Shown here: piece by piece, positions 26,210-32,000 of the stretch | How the letters are laid out: each line of letters opens with the position of its first letter | Position numbering within the stretch: the stretch's first letter is position 1 | Assembly: GCF_009557235.1 (NCBI RefSeq) | Contig: NZ_CP045650.1 | Location: 1,770,001-1,802,000 of the forward strand | DNA: 32,000 bases | Direction: 5' to 3' | Origin: Acinetobacter wanghuae | GTDB taxonomy: Bacteria > Pseudomonadota > Gammaproteobacteria > Pseudomonadales > Moraxellaceae | The notes under the pieces: model-generated | Told to the model about the DNA's origin: nothing | The model's database searches: none | Seen by the model: the letters and a program-made list of their open reading frames with translations, nothing else | Program-made: the position numbers and the translations under genes

Positions 26210-27130
26210 TTAATCTAAAATTCGATGTTCAATTCTTGCGGTTCGGGCTTGAATAGAGCGCGCCAGAAGATAAAAAATGACACTCAAAATAATGCTCACC
26301 ACAATCAATCCCATTAAAAACAGTTTGACGATATCACTAAGTTGATTGGCTGTTTGCACCTGAGTCTTAACGCTCTCTGCGATTGGCGTCAGGGTCTTTT
26401 CATAAACTTGCTGCTGCATCACCCAAAGCTGTTCTGCCTTAAAACCATAGCGTTCGAATTTCGCATCTTTTTGTTCAGCTTCGACCAAAGCTGCCACATA
26501 GGGTTTTGCTGTAGCAAGGTCAGCAGGTTGATGTAATAACGCAGTTTGCGCCAACAAATAGGATTTAACGGGAACAGTAACGTTAGCACCTGCCAATGAT
26601 TGCGCGATTTCACTTTCATGAATGTGATTCTCGTAATACACCAAGGCTTGATAAGCATTATCTTGATGATCGTTTAAATCATGCTGCCAATAGGTCAGCC
26701 CTGACCAAATCACAATAAAAGCAATCAACCATCCTACAAATTTCAACACAAAAGATTGAAAACGCACATAAAAATAGCGCAACTTCTTTAATAGGCTGAT
26801 TGCCACAAAAGCACCGATAAAAGATGCAAAGATCTTCAAAATCAGCCAACCAAACCAACTCAGTAAACTTAAAAAGTAATCGGGGCTGTTACCGCCATAG
26901 GTAAACTGTTCATCTAAACTTACGGGCACATGTAGTTGTTGTACTTCAGTGCTTAAACCAAAGAAGCCATAAACCAAATCTTGCTGTAAGAATAAACCCA
27001 CCACACTTGCAATCAAAATACTGCTACTTAATATTGCCAGTAAGCTGAGATTACGTTGGCGTTTTTTCAGTACAACAATCCCTGAGCTCAGATCATGATG
27101 TGAAACCGCATATTCATCTAATGGTGGCAA
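26210..27130 (-). CDS. multi-pass membrane protein, last gene of the TelA operon (TelB/KlaC-like by position and size)
   Basis: Four to five hydrophobic helices (about res 28-48, 85-114, 127-148, 268-291) with a ~120-aa soluble segment before the last helix. It contains no cysteine. I recognise no motif. Confidence 0.7.
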   Translation of the reverse strand: MPPLDEYAVSHHDLSSGIVVLKKRQRNLSLLAILSSSILIASVVGLFLQQDLVYGFFGLSTEVQQLHVPVSLDEQFTYGGNSPDYFLSLLSWFGWLILKIFASFIGAFVAISLLKKLRYFYVRFQSFVLKFVGWLIAFIVIWSGLTYWQHDLNDHQDNAYQALVYYENHIHESEIAQSLAGANVTVPVKSYLLAQTALLHQPADLATAKPYVAALVEAEQKDAKFERYGFKAEQLWVMQQQVYEKTLTPIAESVKTQVQTANQLSDIVKLFLMGLIVVSIILSVIFYLLARSIQARTARIEHRILD

Positions 27131-27169
27131 TTTATGCTCCTCATCCTAGGCTTCAGACGCAAGCCCAAT

Positions 27170-28309
27170 TCAAGAGGATGAACTTTGCTTGCCCGATCCT
27201 GCATTTTCAATCACCAAATGATTTAAATTTTGTTGCAGGGCTTTTAAACGTGTGGTTGCTTCAGTTCGCTTTTGCATGCCTTCTTTTTGAATCTGAATCA
27301 CATCGTTCACTGTATTAATGAGGGTATTTTGAACATGTTCAAGGGTTTCAATATCAATCACGGAACGTTGATTGGCTTTTGCCGTATCGACTGAGTTTTG
27401 ATGCAACAAATCGGCATTACGACGCAGCAATTCATTGGTGGCATCATCAATCGTATTGGCAAGCTGTACGCTATTTTTTTGCTCATTCAGCGAAATGGCT
27501 AAACTGATTTGGTTTTTCCATGCCGGTAAAGTAATGTTTTTAATCGCATAAAACTTATCCACCAACATCAAATTATTCGATTGAATAATCCGAATCATGG
27601 GTAGGGTTTGCATGGCAGATTGTTGTAAGACTTCTAAGTCACTGACTCGTTTTTCTAAGTTATTGGTAAGATGATTAAGATCATAGATTTTTTGGGTAGT
27701 GCTTTGATCTTGTGGCAATGCCGTTAGTTCTGCAATCTCATGTTGTAGTTCTTGTTCACGAATCCGTCCTGCTGCGATATGAATACCTAGTTGCTTATAT
27801 TCATCTTGCACGCCTTCAAACATTTTATCTAAAGTACCAACGCGCGCTTTTAAGCCACTTTGCGAGCTTTCAATTTCTGTGACCAATGCATCAATCTGCT
27901 CTTTGGTGGTATTAAAATGGGCATCAAAATTTTGTTTTGCACCTTTAAACTTACTGAGTAACCCACCAATAAAACCCGAGCTTTTCTTTTTATTTAAAAT
28001 ACTTGAAGTATTTAACTGTTGTGCAACTTGTACCACTTGATTGAGTTTTTGACCTGTTGTATCTAAGTCCTTGTTCTGGACTAAGTTGAGTAGCTCGTCA
28101 GTATAAGATGAGGTTTTACTGGCAATGTTTTTGCCATATTCCGCCACAGTGTTATGACTCATGTCTTGTAATTCTTTACGTACAGCCATCACCTCTTGAA
28201 AATCGCTAGACTGTAAACCGAGCGCTTTCAAATCCATATATTGAAACTTTTGTTCAGCAAGTTCTGTTGTGCTTTCGATGGGTAAATTCACGAATTCAGA
28301 TTGAGTCAT
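27170..28309 (-). CDS. telA: TelA/YaaN-family toxic anion resistance protein
   Basis: 379 aa. It is collinear with B. subtilis YaaN / RK2 TelA as I remember them: KKKSSGFIGGLLSKF, ITLPAWKNQISLAISL, AKANQRSVIDIETLEHVQNTLI. Confidence 0.88.
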   Translation of the reverse strand: MTQSEFVNLPIESTTELAEQKFQYMDLKALGLQSSDFQEVMAVRKELQDMSHNTVAEYGKNIASKTSSYTDELLNLVQNKDLDTTGQKLNQVVQVAQQLNTSSILNKKKSSGFIGGLLSKFKGAKQNFDAHFNTTKEQIDALVTEIESSQSGLKARVGTLDKMFEGVQDEYKQLGIHIAAGRIREQELQHEIAELTALPQDQSTTQKIYDLNHLTNNLEKRVSDLEVLQQSAMQTLPMIRIIQSNNLMLVDKFYAIKNITLPAWKNQISLAISLNEQKNSVQLANTIDDATNELLRRNADLLHQNSVDTAKANQRSVIDIETLEHVQNTLINTVNDVIQIQKEGMQKRTEATTRLKALQQNLNHLVIENAGSGKQSSSS

Positions 28310-28325
28310 ATTGCACCCTAAGTTG

Positions 28326-29117
28326 TTATGTTTTCGAAGATTTCTCGAGCGATTGTCTTAATGTTTTAATTAACTTTTCTCGACTATTATCAAGGTTATC
28401 CAGATCATTTGTCGAGTGTTTCATTTGGCTTTGTTTTACATGATATTGCCATGCGGGAATTAACACTTGCTGTGCCTCTTTAAAGCGATCAAGCAAACTA
28501 AATGATAACTGCTGTGACAGTTGCATCTGGGTAATCGCAATATCATTACTGGCTTGCAGCGTTTTTAAGGTATAGATTCTTTTCGAAAGGCGTTCTTTAA
28601 AACTATCTAATGGGTGTTGATTCGGCACAAATTGCGGATACTCAGTTAAAAATTCTTCAGCAGCGACCACATATTTCGCCATTTGCTCACGTAAACCTAT
28701 CAATTGCTGAAAACGTGCTTGTGATTTTTGAATCTCAATTTGCAGTTTACGGCTCAAGTGATTGGCTTGATTGAGCAGTCGATCTAAATTTTTATAATAT
28801 TCGACCTGACTCGAGCCAAAGTCGAGATCAATTCCGAGCCATTTTTGCAGCGCATTAAACTTTTTTTTCTTTAAAATTTTCTTTGAATCTGCCAAAGATT
28901 GGATTAATTTTTCAATGGTTTGACTCAGTTGCTGAGTTAAATGCGGATCAACACCATTTAACAATACGGACTGCGCTTGAATGAGTGAGTCTGCATAATG
29001 ATTCAGTTTATATTGATCATTCAGTAAAGGCACCAATTGCTCACGTTTCAGCTGTAAAATTTCTGTCGCATCGACCGTGATTTCTTGAATAGGCACCAAT
29101 ACAGCAAGTTGTGACAT
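28326..29117 (-). CDS. coiled-coil protein, divergent C-terminally truncated TelA paralogue (KlaA/KilA-like by position and size)
   Basis: 263 aa with no TM segment. By eye it aligns with the neighbouring TelA: KKKKFNALQKWLG vs KKKSSGFIGGLLSKF, and LSKRIYTLKTLQAS...LLDRF...VLIPAWQYHV vs LEKRVSDLEVLQQS...LVDKF...ITLPAWKNQI. Confidence 0.7.
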   Translation of the reverse strand: MSQLAVLVPIQEITVDATEILQLKREQLVPLLNDQYKLNHYADSLIQAQSVLLNGVDPHLTQQLSQTIEKLIQSLADSKKILKKKKFNALQKWLGIDLDFGSSQVEYYKNLDRLLNQANHLSRKLQIEIQKSQARFQQLIGLREQMAKYVVAAEEFLTEYPQFVPNQHPLDSFKERLSKRIYTLKTLQASNDIAITQMQLSQQLSFSLLDRFKEAQQVLIPAWQYHVKQSQMKHSTNDLDNLDNSREKLIKTLRQSLEKSSKT

Positions 29118-29331
29118 AAACGCAAAGCCTCATGATTTCCTCTCATACTACGTCTTTTATAACAGAGTTCCTGTAGATTTTTGCAAATAACACGCATCAT
29201 TCAAGCATATATTTCCTGTAATTTGAGAGAAGCGCTCACCTAAACTACTTAACCTAACACTCTAATTTCAATAAAATAAAACTCTATTTATCTTAAATAT
29301 TCAAATAAATTAATGCTTTTAACGCGCATTA

Positions 29332-29358
29332 AAAAGCCCCATCATTCGGGGCTTTTTG
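29332..29358. terminator. bidirectional rho-independent terminator (serves rnk)
   Basis: A5, then stem GCCCC/GGGGC with a 7-nt loop, then T5. Confidence 0.7.
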
Positions 29359-29386
29359 ATCAATATCTGTTTGACTGAATCATGGC

Positions 29387-29791
29387 TTATAAATAATCGC
29401 CTTCGCGCTCTGGCTGATACAACACTTTTTCAATTTTCACTTTCATGAGCTGACCATCGGGTTGCGGCCATTCAATCACTTGCCCTTCCGCTAGACCTAA
29501 GATAGCAGCACCAATCGGTGCAAGCACATTCACCTGCCCATCGATACCTTTGAAGTCATGCGGATATACCAATGTCACTTCGGTTGGCATTTTAGCATCT
29601 GCAATACTGACTTGTACCCGTGCATTCATGGTCACGACATTGCTCGGAATATCTTGTGGCTTTACCACATCAGCACGTGCGAGCTCATCTTCAAGTCGTT
29701 TCATGGTTGGCGTCAAAGTCGCTTGATTTTCCAACATGGTTTCTAAACGATTTAGGTTTTGTTCAGATAAAATTAAAGAAGGCTTATTCAT
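29387..29791 (-). CDS. rnk: nucleoside diphosphate kinase regulator Rnk (GreA/GreB C-terminal domain family)
   Basis: Collinear with E. coli Rnk (VVTMNARV, LVYP, VLAPIGAAILGL, YQPEREGDY). I trimmed the start to MNKPSLIL at 29791, giving 134 aa; the track adds 12 aa. Confidence 0.88.
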   Translation of the reverse strand: MNKPSLILSEQNLNRLETMLENQATLTPTMKRLEDELARADVVKPQDIPSNVVTMNARVQVSIADAKMPTEVTLVYPHDFKGIDGQVNVLAPIGAAILGLAEGQVIEWPQPDGQLMKVKIEKVLYQPEREGDYL

Positions 29792-29882
29792 TCTAAAATG
29801 TTCCTTATTCTTTTGTTCTTTATACATTCTACGTAGTTATATACGATGTATACATGCAGATACACCACAAAAATGTATCCAT

Positions 29883-29911
29883 AAAAAAAGCCTCCTAAAA
29901 GGAGGCTTTTT
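29883..29911. terminator. bidirectional rho-independent terminator (serves glyA)
   Basis: A7, then stem AGCCTCC/GGAGGCT with a 5-nt loop, then T4-5. Confidence 0.8.
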
Positions 29912-29933
29912 CCTTAACGAAAGCCGTTAAAAC

Positions 29934-31187
29934 TTATTTTGCGTAAACTGGGAATTTCGCACAAACTGTTTCAACTTTCGCTTTAACCGCATTAATCACG
30001 GCTTCATCACCTTTCGCATCTAGGATATCAGCAATCCAAGCTGCCAAATCACGTACTTCAGCTTCGCCGAAACCACGTGTTGTTACCGCTGGTGTACCAA
30101 TACGGATACCAGAAGTCACAAAAGGTGAGCGTGGATCGTTTGGTACAGAGTTTTTGTTCACAGTAATGTGAGCTGCACCTAACCAAGCATCCGCTTCTTT
30201 ACCTGTAATGTCTTGTTTGATTAAAGACAATAGGAATAGATGGTTTTCAGTCCCACCAGATACAACGTCATAACCACGTGCCATTAATACTTCAGCCATT
30301 GCTTTAGCATTAACAACCACTTGTTTTTGGTATTCTTTGTATTCAGGTGCCATTGCTTCTTTGAAGCAAATTGCTTTCGCTGCAACCGCGTGAACCAAAG
30401 GACCACCTTGGTTACCAGGGAATACTGCAGATTGAAGTTTTTTCTCAATCTCTTCGTTCGCTTTCGCTAGGATTAGACCTGAACGTGGACCACGAAGTGT
30501 TTTGTGCGTTGTTGTGGTTGTTACATCAGCAATTTGTACTGGGCTTGGGTAAACGCCAGCAGCAACCAAACCTGCAACGTGTGCCATATCAACAAATAGA
30601 TAAGCGCCCACTTTGTCCGCGATGTCACGGAAACGTTGCCAATCTACAATTTGGCTATACGCAGAGAAACCAGCCACGATCATTTTTGGCTTATGTTCAA
30701 CAGCTAAACGTTCAACTTCCTCATAATCGATCTCACCTGTTTCAGGGTTTAGACCGTATTGAATCGCGTTATATGTTTTACCAGAGAAGCTTACTTTAGA
30801 ACCGTGCGTCAAGTGACCACCGTGCGCAAGACTCATACCCAAAACTGTGTCGCCTGGGTTAAGAAGTGCTAAGTAAACTGCTGAGTTTGCTTGAGAACCA
30901 GCATGCGGTTGAACGTTTGCATAATCAGCACCGAAAAGCGCTTTAGCACGGTCAATTGCCAATTGTTCAATAACGTCTACATATTCGCAGCCGCCATAGT
31001 AGCGTTTGCCTGGGTAGCCTTCTGCATATTTATTCGTAAGTTTTGATCCTTGCGCTTCCATGACTGCTGGTGAGCAGTAGTTTTCCGAAGCAATAAGTTC
31101 GATGTGCGCTTCTTGGCGAGCATCTTCTTGTGTAATCGCTTGAGCGATTTCTGGATCAAATTCAGCAACTGAGATATTGGCAAACAT
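29934..31187 (-). CDS. glyA: serine hydroxymethyltransferase
   Basis: 417 aa, with the PLP site [12 protein letters not shown] and high collinearity with GlyA throughout. Confidence 0.97.
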   Translation of the reverse strand: MFANISVAEFDPEIAQAITQEDARQEAHIELIASENYCSPAVMEAQGSKLTNKYAEGYPGKRYYGGCEYVDVIEQLAIDRAKALFGADYANVQPHAGSQANSAVYLALLNPGDTVLGMSLAHGGHLTHGSKVSFSGKTYNAIQYGLNPETGEIDYEEVERLAVEHKPKMIVAGFSAYSQIVDWQRFRDIADKVGAYLFVDMAHVAGLVAAGVYPSPVQIADVTTTTTHKTLRGPRSGLILAKANEEIEKKLQSAVFPGNQGGPLVHAVAAKAICFKEAMAPEYKEYQKQVVVNAKAMAEVLMARGYDVVSGGTENHLFLLSLIKQDITGKEADAWLGAAHITVNKNSVPNDPRSPFVTSGIRIGTPAVTTRGFGEAEVRDLAAWIADILDAKGDEAVINAVKAKVETVCAKFPVYAK

Positions 31188-31449
31188 TAGCGAGGTCCTA
31201 TTAAATTAGGGCTTTTAAGCCGTGCTAAGATTGGCGCGTATTGTAGCATGAAGTTTCAGTTTTACGACCATGATCTTTGCTCAGTTTTCTATAAATTTAT
31301 TTCATTTTAAACATTCAGATCACTCATAAGTGGTCAAATCAAATGCTTGAATTAAAAATAGAGATTTTAAATCCTTCAATTTTAAAACGTATATCGTATA
31401 ATTTTAAAACACCTTGTTGCACTCACATGAACGAATATAAAAATATCCA

Positions 31450-31893
31450 ATGCTCGCACTTTTATTTTTCTTTATCCTCGGCTTGATTTTAGGTTATGCC
31501 TTTCGCAGCATGCAATCTGAGCCAACGAAGCCTAATACCATTCGACGCTATCAATCACAAATGACGCATCAACAAAAGCTATATCTGAAAAGTATGCATC
31601 AAACGGATAGTGATCGTATTCGTGAGTTAAATAAACTTTCTAGTAATCAAAGTATTTTTTTACGTTTACTAAAACAGACCTTTATCGATTTTGACATTGC
31701 AGTAAAAGATAATCGTTTCATTGTGCTCGATCGTGATTATTTTCCCATGGCGATCTTTGAATACCGTGATGGTCAAGTGCCAATGAAACTGATTGATCAG
31801 GAAGATGGACTACCCTTGCATCTCTATAAAGCTATGATTTCATCCGATGAACTCAAAAAAGACCATTCCGCGCTAATTTATGCAGCAAATTAA
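31450..31893 (+). CDS. hypothetical membrane-anchored protein (single N-terminal TM helix)
   Basis: TM helix MLALLFFFILGLILGYAF. The C-terminal part (SIFLRLLKQTF...FIVLDRDYFPMAIFEYRDG) faintly resembles DUF2726/NERD-like folds. I cannot confirm this. Confidence 0.55.
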   Translation: MLALLFFFILGLILGYAFRSMQSEPTKPNTIRRYQSQMTHQQKLYLKSMHQTDSDRIRELNKLSSNQSIFLRLLKQTFIDFDIAVKDNRFIVLDRDYFPMAIFEYRDGQVPMKLIDQEDGLPLHLYKAMISSDELKKDHSALIYAAN

Positions 31894-31973
31894 ACTTTTA
31901 TGCGTGTTTGACGAATCATTTTTTTAAAATTATCGTTAATATGAGATATCTCTCAATATTATGGTGCTAGTCA

Positions 31974-32000
31974 ATGCAGGCAATTATTCTCGATACCGAA
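31974..32000 (+). CDS. possible 5' end of a DEDD-type 3'-5' exonuclease gene, truncated by the window edge
   Basis: ATG with GGTG 7 nt upstream. The nine visible codons MQAIILDTE resemble the ExoI motif (hhDxE) at the N-terminus of DnaQ-like exonucleases. The evidence is very short. Confidence 0.3.

Noticed and set aside
29821-29880. Cluster of TATACA/TGTATAC-type short palindromes, including the 10-bp ATGTATACAT at 29846-29855, upstream of rnk.
   Set aside because: Short AT-only palindromes of this kind are expected by chance in AT-rich promoter DNA, and the arms do not extend. It is not distinctive enough to report.
1-32000. Looked for mobile elements, prophage or defence islands, CRISPR repeats, tRNA/rRNA genes, toxin-antitoxin pairs and abrupt composition shifts.
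   Set aside because: I saw no transposase, integrase or recombinase-like ORF, no terminal inverted repeats bracketing a segment, no regularly spaced repeats and no cloverleaf-like tRNA sequence. Composition looks uniform apart from AT-rich intergenic spacers. This was judged by eye only; tRNAscan-SE, Infernal/Rfam, ISfinder and DefenseFinder/PADLOC runs would be the decisive checks.

Overview
This window looks like a core chromosomal segment, roughly 40% GC by eye. Gene content and architecture fit my memory of Acinetobacter (Moraxellaceae): a fused TyrA-AroA of 748 aa, a ~796-aa PBP1B, and a pheA-hisC-tyrA/aroA cluster. I support 31 protein-coding regions. Two are absent from the ORF track (a 56-aa HemP and a 9-codon gene start at the right edge), and several have trimmed starts. 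About a dozen intrinsic terminators and a few operator-like palindromes are also called. I saw no rRNA, tRNA, CRISPR array, IS element, integrase, phage gene or recognisable defence island, so most of the window is ordinary housekeeping: aromatic amino acid synthesis, NAD kinase, PBP1B, GlyA, AhpF, Fpr and tRNA modification. The parts worth a second look are: (1) a three-gene operon at 26210-29117 (truncated TelA paralogue, full TelA, cysteine-free multi-TM protein) that mirrors the functionally unexplained kilA/klaA-telA-telB operon of plasmid RK2; (2) an orphan GspE/PilB-family ATPase with no secretion or pilus partners, next to a ygiW-response regulator-kinase module; (3) a 63-aa proline-rich lipoprotein directly after mrcB, a candidate PBP1B partner; (4) a stand-alone Fur-boxed hemP missed by the track; (5) a DJ-1/PfpI homologue lacking the catalytic Cys-His; (6) a structured purine-rich spacer between yfhL and ahpF. 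I cannot show that any of these is truly undescribed. All family assignments rest on motif recognition and memory, not on searches.
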